A DNA stretch of 64,000 bases from an uncultured Candidatus Saccharibacteria bacterium (lineage in GTDB: Bacteria > Patescibacteriota > Minisyncoccia > Phycocordibacterales > UBA9973). Where the stretch lies: assembly GCA_964639185.1 (NCBI GenBank), contig CAZXCN010000002.1, forward strand, positions 30,409 through 94,408, written 5' to 3'. Shown here in pieces: positions 8,887 to 17,803 of this stretch (positions within the stretch are counted from its first letter, which is position 1; each line of letters starts with the position of its first letter). Both the position numbers and the translations under genes were made by a program. A model generated the notes under the pieces. The model saw nothing but the letters and a program-made list of their open reading frames with translations, was not told where the DNA came from and did no database searches.

Positions 8887-10788
8887 TTATTTTTGCTCTC
8901 CACCTTCTTCAGACTTTTCATTCACTTCCGCATCCTTGATTTCTTCTGATTGAGGTTCTGTTGTTGTGCCTGCTTCTGGTGTCGCACCGGCTTTACTCAT
9001 TGCTTCGCCGATTTTGGACATTTCTGCAGAGAGTTCTTCTACAGCTTTTTTGATTACTGCTATATCAGTACTTTCTTTTGCAGTTCTTAGTGCTGTGATT
9101 TTCTCTTCCACGCCAGCTTTCAGATTCGCATCTACTTTGTCGCCGTATTCCTTGAGTGATTTCTCGGCAGAGAAGATAATCATTTCGGCAGTATTTTTCT
9201 CATCTACGAGCTCCTTCTTCTTTGCATCTTCTTCGGCATGCAATTCAGCATCTTGTTGCATCTTCTTTATATCAGCATCAGTAAGTCCAGAAGCTGCTTC
9301 GATACGGATTGTTTGCTTCTTGCCACTTGTTTTCTCCATTGCAGTTACATTTAGAATACCGTTGGCATCAACATCAAATGTCACTTCCACTTGTGGCATA
9401 CCGCGTGGTGCTGGTGGAATACCATCTAGGATAAATTTACCAAGAGATTTGTTGTCGCTTGCCATTGGGCGCTCACCTTGAGTGATGTGGATCTCCACAC
9501 TTGTCTGATTGTCGGCGGCTGTTGAGAATACTTGAGATTTAGAACTAGGGATTGTTGTATTACGCTCTACAAGCTTTGTAGAAACTCCGCCAAGAGTTTC
9601 TATTCCTAAAGAGAGTGGAATTACGTCTAATAGTAAAACATCCTTCACATCGCCTTGTAGGACTCCAGCTTGCACTGCAGCACCGAGGGCTACAACTTCA
9701 TCTGGATTGATAGAAAGGTTTGGTTCTTTGCCGAATAAATCTTTCACAGCTTTTACGATTGCTGGCATACGAGTCTGACCTCCAACAAGAATGATTTCAT
9801 TGATCTCATTCATCTTGAATGGGCTTGCCTCCATTGCACGCTTTGTAATTGCTATTGATTGGTCGATATATTCTTGAGCAAGAGATTCTAGAGTCGCACG
9901 AGTCATCTTCTCTACCAAGTGCTCTGGACCATTGGCACCACTTGTGATAAATGGAATATTTATTTCAGTTTCTGGAGTTGTAGAAAGCTCGATCTTTGCT
10001 TTTTCTGCTGCTTCGTCTAAACGTTGGATTGCAAGAGGGTCTTTACCGATATCGATACCAGTTTTCTTTTTAAATTCTTCGGCTAGGTATGTAATAATCT
10101 TTTGATCAATATCGCGACCTCCCATGTGACTGTCTCCATCTGTAGATTTAACTTCGATAACATCATTGGAAACTTCCAATACTGACACGTCGAATGTACC
10201 ACCTCCGAAGTCGAATACCACAACCTTCTCATCTTTCTTTGTGTTGAATCCGTATGCAAGAGCGGCTGCTGTTGGCTCGTTGATAATTCTCTTCACATCA
10301 AGTCCTGCAATAGCACCTGCGTCTTTTGTAGCTTTACGTTGTGAGTCGTTGAAATAAGCTGGCACTGTGATGATTGCCTCAGTAATTTTCTCTCCCAATT
10401 TTGCTTCAACATCGGCTTTGATCTTTGAAAGGATCATTGCAGATACTTCCTCTGGGCGCATCCATTTCTCGCCAATCATTACTTCTACTCCGCCATCTTT
10501 TCCGGCTTGGATTTTGAATGGAGAAGTCTTCATTGCTTTTTGAATTTCTGGATCTTCAAATCTGTGACCCATAAAGCGCTTGATACCGTAGATCGTATTT
10601 GCAGGGTTTGTTACAGCTTGGCGCTTTGCTAGCAAGCCCACCAATCGGTCACCATTTTTACCAATAGCAACAATCGATGGTGTTGTGCGTGCACCTTCAA
10701 TATTTTCTACTATCTTTGGTTGACCACCTTCAATGATGGAAACTGCACTATTTGTTGTACCCAAATCTATACCTATTATTTTTGACAT
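8887..10788 (-). CDS. dnaK: Chaperone DnaK (Hsp70)
   Basis: [22 protein letters not shown] and an acidic C-terminal tail. Confidence 0.95.
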   Translation of the reverse strand: MSKIIGIDLGTTNSAVSIIEGGQPKIVENIEGARTTPSIVAIGKNGDRLVGLLAKRQAVTNPANTIYGIKRFMGHRFEDPEIQKAMKTSPFKIQAGKDGGVEVMIGEKWMRPEEVSAMILSKIKADVEAKLGEKITEAIITVPAYFNDSQRKATKDAGAIAGLDVKRIINEPTAAALAYGFNTKKDEKVVVFDFGGGTFDVSVLEVSNDVIEVKSTDGDSHMGGRDIDQKIITYLAEEFKKKTGIDIGKDPLAIQRLDEAAEKAKIELSTTPETEINIPFITSGANGPEHLVEKMTRATLESLAQEYIDQSIAITKRAMEASPFKMNEINEIILVGGQTRMPAIVKAVKDLFGKEPNLSINPDEVVALGAAVQAGVLQGDVKDVLLLDVIPLSLGIETLGGVSTKLVERNTTIPSSKSQVFSTAADNQTSVEIHITQGERPMASDNKSLGKFILDGIPPAPRGMPQVEVTFDVDANGILNVTAMEKTSGKKQTIRIEAASGLTDADIKKMQQDAELHAEEDAKKKELVDEKNTAEMIIFSAEKSLKEYGDKVDANLKAGVEEKITALRTAKESTDIAVIKKAVEELSAEMSKIGEAMSKAGATPEAGTTTEPQSEEIKDAEVNEKSEEGGEQK

Positions 10789-10890
10789 ATTGATTTCTCA
10801 AAATCACATCGAGTAATTGTCCTTTAAAAACGCGATGCAACTTTATTTGATTATATTGATAATTTGTTAATAATTTAAATTTTTACAGTA

Positions 10891-10908
10891 ATTTCGTGCT
10901 CACGAAAT
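10891..10908. promoter_or_regulatory. Candidate operator: 18-bp palindrome ATTTCGTG-ct-CACGAAAT in the divergent dnaK / regulator intergenic region
   Basis: Perfect 8-bp inverted arms with a 2-nt spacer. It abuts a TTGTTA ... TAACAT promoter-like pair just upstream of the plus-strand gene at 10939. It is not the CIRCE consensus. Confidence 0.35.
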
Positions 10909-10938
10909 ACTTGTTAAAATCAGTATATATGATAACAT

Positions 10939-11463
10939 ATGTACATGTCAAGAAAACCGGAATATTCCAAAAAAATCATTAAAATACTTACTCAAAAACC
11001 AGCTGTGGCTATACATGAGATAGTTGGTGAAAGTGAGAGTAAGTCAAAATATGCCATTACCCGATCTATAAAAGGCCTAGAAGAAGCTGGTTTGATTGAA
11101 AATATATCATCTGGGCAGAATTTATATGCCAGATTAACTAAAGAGGGTAAGAAGAAAGCACATAGTTTAAAATTAGAGAACGAAGATAGTCTTATAAGTA
11201 CTACTTGGGATGGCTATTGGCGTGTGATACTACTCGATATTCCCGAGAATCGCAAAAGTGAGCGCGAATCATTGCGTTATCTATTAAAAAAAGCCGGATT
11301 CGTCTGCCTCAAAAATTCCGCATGGATCTCCCCTTACCCATTTGAACATCTATTCACGAATATAAAAAAAGACCTCGGTCTGACGACCGAGCTCATGATC
11401 CTTGTTACTAAACACGTAGACGAAATCACCGAAAAAGAATTATATAAAACTTTCGGGTTTTAA
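10939..11463 (+). CDS. Putative transcriptional regulator: N-terminal winged-helix domain plus PaaX-C/Cas2-like C-terminal domain
   Basis: The N-terminal ...YAITRSIKGLEEAGLIE is winged-helix-like. The C-terminal WDGYWRVILLDIPENRKSERESLRYLLKKAGFVCLKNSAWISP resembles the PaaX C-terminal domain (WDGxW..l...pE.....R..LR..L...GF..L....W). Confidence 0.35.
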   Translation: MYMSRKPEYSKKIIKILTQKPAVAIHEIVGESESKSKYAITRSIKGLEEAGLIENISSGQNLYARLTKEGKKKAHSLKLENEDSLISTTWDGYWRVILLDIPENRKSERESLRYLLKKAGFVCLKNSAWISPYPFEHLFTNIKKDLGLTTELMILVTKHVDEITEKELYKTFGF

Positions 11464-11465
11464 AT

Positions 11466-12053
11466 CTATTTCTTGAATTCCCATACTTTCACCCTTGCTG
11501 GGCGGATTACACGCTCGCCTATTTTGTATCCTGTTTGGACAACTTGGGCTATCTTGTGATCTTGAGATTCATCTTCGGTTGGGATTGTTTCAATACTTTC
11601 ATGTAAACTTGGGTCAAATAGTGCATCTACCTGATTAATAGCAGTTACGTTATTGTCTTCTAATACACGAGCAAATTGTGCACGTATGTATTCAATACCA
11701 TTGCGCCAGTTGGCATCTACCTTTTCCCACGCATCTTTATTACCCATAGCCATGTCAAAGCTATCGAGTGCTGGCAATAAATCCTCTATCAAGTTACTAG
11801 TTACCAAAGTTTTAATATCTTTTACCCTACTATCAGTATCTTTTTGCAGGTTTACATAGTCGGCTTTTGCCCTCTGCCATCCTGTTAGGTATTCTTCCTT
11901 TTCTTTTCGGCATGACTTCAAGTCTGAACGCAATTTCTTCACAATATCTTTTGTCGGTAGTTCATCACCATCCTCATTGCTTTCAACAAACTCTACATCT
12001 TCAAATGTATCTGTATTAGTATCTTCTGTTTTTATTTCATCTTCATTTATCAT
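11466..12053 (-). CDS. grpE: Nucleotide exchange factor GrpE
   Basis: Coiled-coil N-terminus. The C-terminal ...IAQVVQTGYKIGERVIRPARVKV is typical of GrpE. Confidence 0.85.
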   Translation of the reverse strand: MINEDEIKTEDTNTDTFEDVEFVESNEDGDELPTKDIVKKLRSDLKSCRKEKEEYLTGWQRAKADYVNLQKDTDSRVKDIKTLVTSNLIEDLLPALDSFDMAMGNKDAWEKVDANWRNGIEYIRAQFARVLEDNNVTAINQVDALFDPSLHESIETIPTEDESQDHKIAQVVQTGYKIGERVIRPARVKVWEFKK

Positions 12054-12092
12054 AACGAGTACAGTATAGCAAAAAAATATCTATGAGCAAGC

Positions 12093-12116
12093 AAAAATCC
12101 CCTTTCGGGGATTTTT
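12093..12116 (-). terminator. Terminator after rpsI
   Basis: aaaaatcccc tttc ggggattttt. Confidence 0.65.
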
Positions 12117-12120
12117 GAAC

Positions 12121-12531
12121 TTAACGTTTTGACCATTGTGGGCTCTTGCGGGCCTTTTTCTTTCCGAACTTCTTTCTTTCTACTTGACGTGGGTCACGCT
12201 TTAGCATTTTATTCTTCTTTAGTGTTGAGCGTAATTCTGTATCACTTTCTACCAAACATCGTGCTATTCCATGACGAACTGCTTCAGCTTGAGCATGCAC
12301 ACCACCACCTTTTGTTGTTACTATCACTTCGAATTTTTCGATACCTTCTGAAATATTTAGTGGGTCTGTAACGATCTTTTGAAGTTCTAATGTTGGGAAA
12401 TAAACTTTCATTTCTTTACCGTTGATAGTGTATGAGTTCTTGCTAGCTTTGACAAGCTTCACAACTGCTGTAGATGTCTTGCGACGTCCAACTGCGCGAA
12501 TATATTCTTTTGTTGTTTTCTTTTCAGTCAT
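12121..12531 (-). CDS. rpsI: 30S ribosomal protein S9
   Basis: The C-terminal ...RKKFGKKKARKSPQWSKR is the S9 signature. Confidence 0.9.
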   Translation of the reverse strand: MTEKKTTKEYIRAVGRRKTSTAVVKLVKASKNSYTINGKEMKVYFPTLELQKIVTDPLNISEGIEKFEVIVTTKGGGVHAQAEAVRHGIARCLVESDTELRSTLKKNKMLKRDPRQVERKKFGKKKARKSPQWSKR

Positions 12532-12535
12532 AATA

Positions 12536-12892
12536 TTATTCTGTTATTGTTAAGTTCTTCATCATAAGTGGGCGAAGCTTGTTTGCTGGTAACATGTTGT
12601 ATACAGCCAATCGGTACAATTCTGCAACACCTTTCTTTTCTAGTATTTGTTTGTTTGAGGCAAATTTTAATCCTCCTGGGTGTCCTGAATAACGTTCATG
12701 TAAAGTTTCCAACATTCTCTTTTCAGACATCTTTGTTTTAGATGCATTTGTAATCTCTACTTTTACATTAGGGGCAACATTGGCTGTATAGTCAGGTCTG
12801 TCCTTACCCATTAGAGCTTTTGCAACGACACTTGAAACACGGCCTAATGCCTTGCCTTCCGCGTCTATTGTGATTTTTGTTGTGTTTGTCAT
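12536..12892 (-). CDS. rplM: 50S ribosomal protein L13
   Basis: The N-terminal ...IDAEGKALGRVSSVVAKALMGK is L13-like. Confidence 0.9.
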   Translation of the reverse strand: MTNTTKITIDAEGKALGRVSSVVAKALMGKDRPDYTANVAPNVKVEITNASKTKMSEKRMLETLHERYSGHPGGLKFASNKQILEKKGVAELYRLAVYNMLPANKLRPLMMKNLTITE

Positions 12893-12897
12893 AAATA

Positions 12898-13251
12898 TTA
12901 TATAAATTCTATTATTGCCATTTTACTACCATCACCTAGGCGAGGTGGTAACTTTGATATACGAGTATACCCACCACTCTTACCTTTGTATTTAGGAGCA
13001 ATAGTGTCGAATAATTTTCCAGCTTCTGAGCTTCTGTTGTAAAGGCGTGATATAACAAGGCGACGTGCTGCAAGTGTGCCTACGTTTGACTTTGTTACCA
13101 ACTTCTCGATCATTGGCTGTAGTTCTTTTGCTTTTGCTTCGGTTGTTTCAATACGGCCGTGTGCAATCATAGCAAGAACAAGGCCCTTCATCAAGGCATT
13201 CCTCTGGTTCTTTGTTCTTCCGAATTTTCTTTTGTTATCGTGATGACGCAT
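12898..13251 (-). CDS. rplQ: 50S ribosomal protein L17
   Basis: MRHHDNKRKFGRTKNQRNALMKGL..., the L17 N-terminal pattern. Confidence 0.9.
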   Translation of the reverse strand: MRHHDNKRKFGRTKNQRNALMKGLVLAMIAHGRIETTEAKAKELQPMIEKLVTKSNVGTLAARRLVISRLYNRSSEAGKLFDTIAPKYKGKSGGYTRISKLPPRLGDGSKMAIIEFI

Positions 13252-13285
13252 ATAATTTTATTAATTAAACAAGTGTGTTATTAAA

Positions 13286-14287
13286 CTATTCTTTTAAGGT
13301 TATACCATAATTACTTAGGACCTTCTTGATCTCTTGGATACCTTTCTCACCGATACCTTCGATATCTAACAAGTCCTCCTTCTTCTTACGGGCAATACCA
13401 CCTACTGTACGGATATTTGCAGTCATAAGTGAATTCAAAGTCCTTGTAGAAAAGTCCAAAGTGTCAATGCGAGTTTTTAGTATATCTGTAAATTCGCCAC
13501 TCTCTTCCTTTGACTCTTCTTGTGAAGCAATAGCTGCAACTTCAGCTGCAACTTCTTTTGCTTTCATTTTTTCTTTTGTGAATCCAGCGATAGACACAAG
13601 TTGTTCGATCATTATTTCAATAGAATTTTCCAAAGCTTGCTTTGGAGTTAGTGTACCGTCTGTTTCGATGGTCATACGTAGACGGTTGTGGTTTGTCTTG
13701 TCGCCAACACGCATATTTTCAACTTCGTATGATACACGACGAATAGGAGTAAAGATAGCATCTACTGCAATCCTACCTATATCTGTTTTTGTTTTCTGGT
13801 GCATATCTTTTGATACAAAACCTAGGCCTTTTTCTATTACCATCTCTATATCAAGAGATCCTTTACCTGTAAGTTCAGTAATATACATGTCCTTGTTTAG
13901 TACTTCTACCTGACCACTTGTCTTGATATCAGCTGCTGTAACAACCTTAGGGCCTTTTACTGATAGAGTTACAGTTTGTGGCTCAGAAGTTAATAGTTGG
14001 AAACGTACTGTCTTTAAATGAAGTAATATTGTGATAACGTCCTCTTTTACACCATCGATAGTTGAGAATTCATGATCAACACCATCGATCTTCAATGATG
14101 TTATCGCTGCACCTGGTAGTGATGATAATATAATACGACGAAGTGAGTTACCTAGTGTGTGACCATAACCAGGATAAAGGCCGTCTATTTCGTAGACACC
14201 TTTCATCTCTTCCTCTTTTACTGTTGTTAACTTTGATGGCAATATGATACTTAAATCAGACATATGATTTGGCGAAAATATTCGCAA
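13286..14287 (-). CDS. rpoA: DNA-directed RNA polymerase alpha subunit
   Basis: GYGHTLGNSLRRIILSS and IDGVDHEFS. The start is probably the internal MSDLSII at about 14263. Confidence 0.9.
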   Translation of the reverse strand: MRIFSPNHMSDLSIILPSKLTTVKEEEMKGVYEIDGLYPGYGHTLGNSLRRIILSSLPGAAITSLKIDGVDHEFSTIDGVKEDVITILLHLKTVRFQLLTSEPQTVTLSVKGPKVVTAADIKTSGQVEVLNKDMYITELTGKGSLDIEMVIEKGLGFVSKDMHQKTKTDIGRIAVDAIFTPIRRVSYEVENMRVGDKTNHNRLRMTIETDGTLTPKQALENSIEIMIEQLVSIAGFTKEKMKAKEVAAEVAAIASQEESKEESGEFTDILKTRIDTLDFSTRTLNSLMTANIRTVGGIARKKKEDLLDIEGIGEKGIQEIKKVLSNYGITLKE

Positions 14288-14320
14288 TTATTATTTATAA
14301 AAAATAACCATACGTTACTA

Positions 14321-14929
14321 TTATCTACTGTAGAACTCGAGCACAGTATTGAGTTCTAGATAATCTTCTGTATTCTTTGGCTTACCTTCTACGACCCCAG
14401 TAAGCGTTTCAACGTTGAACTTTAACCAAGCTGGCATTGTGTATTCCTTCATCTTTTCAGATACATTTGCGAATAGAACGCTCTTCTTGCTACCTTCACG
14501 AACTGATATTTTATCACCAACTCGAATACGTTGTGATGCTACAGTACTTTTTATTCCGTTAACTAGGAAATGTCCGTGTGATACCATCTGTCGAGAAAGT
14601 CTGCGTGTATGAGCTAAACCAAGACGATACACAACATTGTCTAATCTTGTTTCTAGTAATTCAAATAGGTGTTCTGTTGCTGGAGATACTTTTTGTTGAA
14701 CTGATTCTTCGATGTAATTTGCAAATTGCTTTTCACTTAGGCCGTATGTAAAACGAACCTTTTGCTTTTCAATGAATTGCGTTGCATAACCTGAGCGTTG
14801 TTTTGGACGCTTGTCTTTACGAGCTTTATCATGGCGAGCAGCTGACGCAACAAATTTAGGTGTTTGACATTTTTCAAACACTCCAGGACCTAATCTTCGG
14901 CAAATTTTATATTTTTGTGCTGTTTTCAT
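14321..14929 (-). CDS. rpsD: 30S ribosomal protein S4
   Basis: The N-terminal ...KICRRLGPGVFEKCQ and the length fit S4. Confidence 0.9.
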   Translation of the reverse strand: MKTAQKYKICRRLGPGVFEKCQTPKFVASAARHDKARKDKRPKQRSGYATQFIEKQKVRFTYGLSEKQFANYIEESVQQKVSPATEHLFELLETRLDNVVYRLGLAHTRRLSRQMVSHGHFLVNGIKSTVASQRIRVGDKISVREGSKKSVLFANVSEKMKEYTMPAWLKFNVETLTGVVEGKPKNTEDYLELNTVLEFYSR

Positions 14930-14932
14930 ATT

Positions 14933-15355
14933 TTATACTCGTCTTGGTTTCTTAGGTTTAGGACCATTGTGTGGAACTGGTGTCATGTCTTTTATCATTG
15001 ATATCTCAATATCATGAGCCATGAATGCTCTTACTGTAGGCTCACGTCCACTACCAACCCCTTTAATAATTACATCTACTTCTTTTATACCAATTGCTTT
15101 TGCTTTCTCACCAAGGATTGAACCAACCTTTGATGCAGCAAATGGTGTACCCTTCTTTGCTCCACGGAAACCTTGACTACCTGCTGATGTCCAGAAAAGT
15201 GTATTACCTTCTTTGTCTGAAACTACTGCTTTTGTATTATTAAAAGTTGCTTCAACATGCAAAGTACCTGCTACCACCTTTTTCTTTGGAGTTTTTACAG
15301 ATTTTGGAGCAGACTTCACTGCGGCTTTTTTAGTTGTTGTTATTTTATCTACCAC
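14933..15355 (-). CDS. rpsK: 30S ribosomal protein S11
   Basis: HVEATFNNTKAVVSDKEGNTLFWTSAGSQGFRGAKKGTPFAA. Confidence 0.9.
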   Translation of the reverse strand: MVDKITTTKKAAVKSAPKSVKTPKKKVVAGTLHVEATFNNTKAVVSDKEGNTLFWTSAGSQGFRGAKKGTPFAASKVGSILGEKAKAIGIKEVDVIIKGVGSGREPTVRAFMAHDIEISMIKDMTPVPHNGPKPKKPRRV

Positions 15356-15405
15356 GGGTTTTAAAAGTTATAAATTGTTAAGCTAAATTCAGAAACAATC
15401 AGGTC

Positions 15406-15786
15406 TTAAGTCTTTTCAGCTTTTCTGCGACCGCTAGTCATTGTTTTGCGAACATTACCACGAACAGTACGTGAGTTTGTCTTTGTGCGTTGTCCATGTA
15501 CTGGCATTCGGCGCATATGACGAACTCCACGGTAAGCCTTGATATCTTTCAAACGTTTTACGTTTGCAGCTACTTCACGCTTTAGTGTTCCTTCGATTGT
15601 TAGACTTTCGATAGCTTTACGGATTGAATTCTCTTCATCAACTGACAATGTGTCTGCTTTTCTTATTGAGTCAACACCAGCTTCGGCTAGTACCTTGCGT
15701 GCGCGTGATAGACCAATACCATATAGAACTGTTAGTGCTATATCAAGATGCTTTTCATTTGGGATGTTTATACCTAGTATTCTCAT
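15406..15786 (-). CDS. rpsM: 30S ribosomal protein S13
   Basis: MRILGINIP...ALTVLYGIG. Confidence 0.9.
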   Translation of the reverse strand: MRILGINIPNEKHLDIALTVLYGIGLSRARKVLAEAGVDSIRKADTLSVDEENSIRKAIESLTIEGTLKREVAANVKRLKDIKAYRGVRHMRRMPVHGQRTKTNSRTVRGNVRKTMTSGRRKAEKT

Positions 15787-15788
15787 AA

Positions 15789-15899
15789 TTATTGTTTTTG
15801 TTTATGTTTAGGATTTGTACAAATAACACGTAGGTGTCCTGCGCGTTTTACGATCTTGCAATTTGAACAAATTTTTTTTACAGCAGCTTTGATTTTCAT
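15789..15899 (-). CDS. rpmJ: 50S ribosomal protein L36 (36 aa; below the ORF-track size cutoff)
   Basis: Hand translation of the minus strand gives [36 protein letters not shown]. This is the L36 CxxC...C...H zinc-ribbon pattern, between rpsM and infA. Confidence 0.8.
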   Translation of the reverse strand: MKIKAAVKKICSNCKIVKRAGHLRVICTNPKHKQKQ

Positions 15900-16019
15900 A
15901 TTTATAAATTAATGACGAAATAAAATTAAAAGAATAAAGGATAGGATACCCTAAATTCTTTGTTCGGCATATATCGGTGCATACTACACTAATTCCGATA
16001 AAAATGCAAGTGTGTACAC

Positions 16020-16262
16020 TTACAGGCGCTTTGTTATCCGCCCCTTACCTCCATATGGGTCTAATAATACCTCTACCTTATCACCAATCAGGACCTTAAT
16101 TCGATGCATCCTCATCTTGCCAGATAGATAAGCTATTTGCAGGTTTTCCTTACCGATATTAACCCTAAAAAGAGTGTTAGGAAGAGCCTCCTCTACTGTG
16201 CCTATTACTGTATTTGTACTATCTTGTTTTTGATTCATGAAATGGTTTTTTAATAATACCAA
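16020..16262 (-). CDS. infA: Translation initiation factor IF-1
   Basis: GTVEEALPNTLFRV...LSGKMRMHRIKVLIGDKVEVLLDPYGGKGRITKR. Start likely at the internal MNQKQD. Confidence 0.85.
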   Translation of the reverse strand: MVLLKNHFMNQKQDSTNTVIGTVEEALPNTLFRVNIGKENLQIAYLSGKMRMHRIKVLIGDKVEVLLDPYGGKGRITKRL

Positions 16263-16284
16263 ATATATATTAGATAGTCAATTA

Positions 16285-17778
16285 TTATTCCTTTTCTATC
16301 GTTATATAATTGATTTTTTTAGGCAATTTTTTCTGCCATGGAGGGCGTAGTATCACTCGTGCATTTTCTATACCTGGGTCTGACTTAAATATTTGATCCA
16401 AATCTGCAACAGGCATACCAGTGATAGTTGTTTTTAATTTTTCTAAATCTGGATTCCAGACCATGTCTCCTTCACCGTTTAAAACAAAGCTGATACTATT
16501 GGTAGTTTTATTTATTGTTTCAGCAGGGTTCTTGTATGAGAATGCGAGATTGGACATGTCGGCAATAGTTATTTCTGGTATTTCAGATTCAAGTACGCCA
16601 GGATAAACAGATTTAATGATAGCTTTTTGTAAATCTTCTGACTTTAATAATATTGCTGAAAGAGTCGCTTTTGCTTCTATTGTTGCTTCACTTGTTTTTG
16701 AGATTAAATTATCTGAGCTAAAATCTAGTTTGAATTGTGAGCTACCAGGGTAATATATATATCCTGGTGGAATCTGAGCTTGCAATTTCTTTTCTAATTT
16801 TGTACGTAAAAGTACACTAATATCTGTATTTATAACACCAGATTCCGTAGCAGAAGGTGTGAATACTGGACCAACTGCACCACCTGTTAATGAAGTTTTT
16901 GAGCGGGCGTATATGCTCTTTGCTTTTGCTGTGCCTTTGTATCCAAATATTACAAAGTCACGAGGGTCACCATTGTATTTATCACCAGCGTTTGCGGCTG
17001 TAATACCTACTGTAACACTACCTGGTACCACTTTTGTACCAGACATGGTGTATCCAGGGATAGTAACAGCTTTATCAGTCATGTATATCATCTTTGCGTC
17101 ATCTTCAAGGCGTGTATTGATCAATAATTTTTGTGGAGTTTTTGAAAATGCATTATAGATAACTACTTCACCATGAGCTTTGGTAGAAAGCTCTTTAGTT
17201 TCAGTGAAAATCATTTGCTTGCTCTCTTCTCCGTCTACTATCATTATTTCAAATTCTAAATTGGAAGACGCGTCTCTTTGTGCAGTAAAAACCTCATCAG
17301 TAAACACAAAGTGTTGAACTTTATTCTTTACATATACAGTAGCGTGCGCAAATATTACAGATAATACATACAAGATACCTACAAAAAGTACTGCCAAGAA
17401 GATAAATAGTGGTAATTTCTTGTTACGAACTTTCTTTGTTTTTAGAGGTTCTTTGGTGTATACAGACTCGTAATCTGTTACATCAGGCTCTTCTTGAACG
17501 ATAGGTGTCTCCTTTACTAGCTCTTTTGCATATGTATTTTCTGTAGGATTTGGACTACTATATGTATTTTGATTAGTTGTTTCTGCAACAGTATTATTAA
17601 TAGTATTATTTTCTGAATCCAAAAATTTTATTTTTGCTAATTTTCCATCTTCAATATTTTCAGGTTTTACGTCTATTTGATCTGAGTTATCATGAATATC
17701 TTCTATTATATTCTTTGATTTTATCATTGATATTCTATTCTTTGAGCGTACTATATCTTGTATTGGATTTCTTTTCAT
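16285..17778 (-). CDS. Hypothetical single-pass membrane protein: low-complexity cytoplasmic N-terminus, one TM helix, then an ~350-aa extracytoplasmic domain
   Basis: TM segment LPLFIFLAVLFVGILYVLSVIFA. No recognisable catalytic motif. Confidence 0.4.
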   Translation of the reverse strand: MKRNPIQDIVRSKNRISMIKSKNIIEDIHDNSDQIDVKPENIEDGKLAKIKFLDSENNTINNTVAETTNQNTYSSPNPTENTYAKELVKETPIVQEEPDVTDYESVYTKEPLKTKKVRNKKLPLFIFLAVLFVGILYVLSVIFAHATVYVKNKVQHFVFTDEVFTAQRDASSNLEFEIMIVDGEESKQMIFTETKELSTKAHGEVVIYNAFSKTPQKLLINTRLEDDAKMIYMTDKAVTIPGYTMSGTKVVPGSVTVGITAANAGDKYNGDPRDFVIFGYKGTAKAKSIYARSKTSLTGGAVGPVFTPSATESGVINTDISVLLRTKLEKKLQAQIPPGYIYYPGSSQFKLDFSSDNLISKTSEATIEAKATLSAILLKSEDLQKAIIKSVYPGVLESEIPEITIADMSNLAFSYKNPAETINKTTNSISFVLNGEGDMVWNPDLEKLKTTITGMPVADLDQIFKSDPGIENARVILRPPWQKKLPKKINYITIEKE

Positions 17779-17803
17779 ATTTTTTAAATTAATTAAAGAT
17801 TAT

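Noticed and set aside
12129-15811. Numerous plus-strand track ORFs inside the ribosomal protein block (for example 12129-12371, 13326-13913, 14415-14612, 15539-15811)
   Set aside because: All are antisense to strongly supported ribosomal or RNAP genes and have no motifs. They are typical spurious ORFs.
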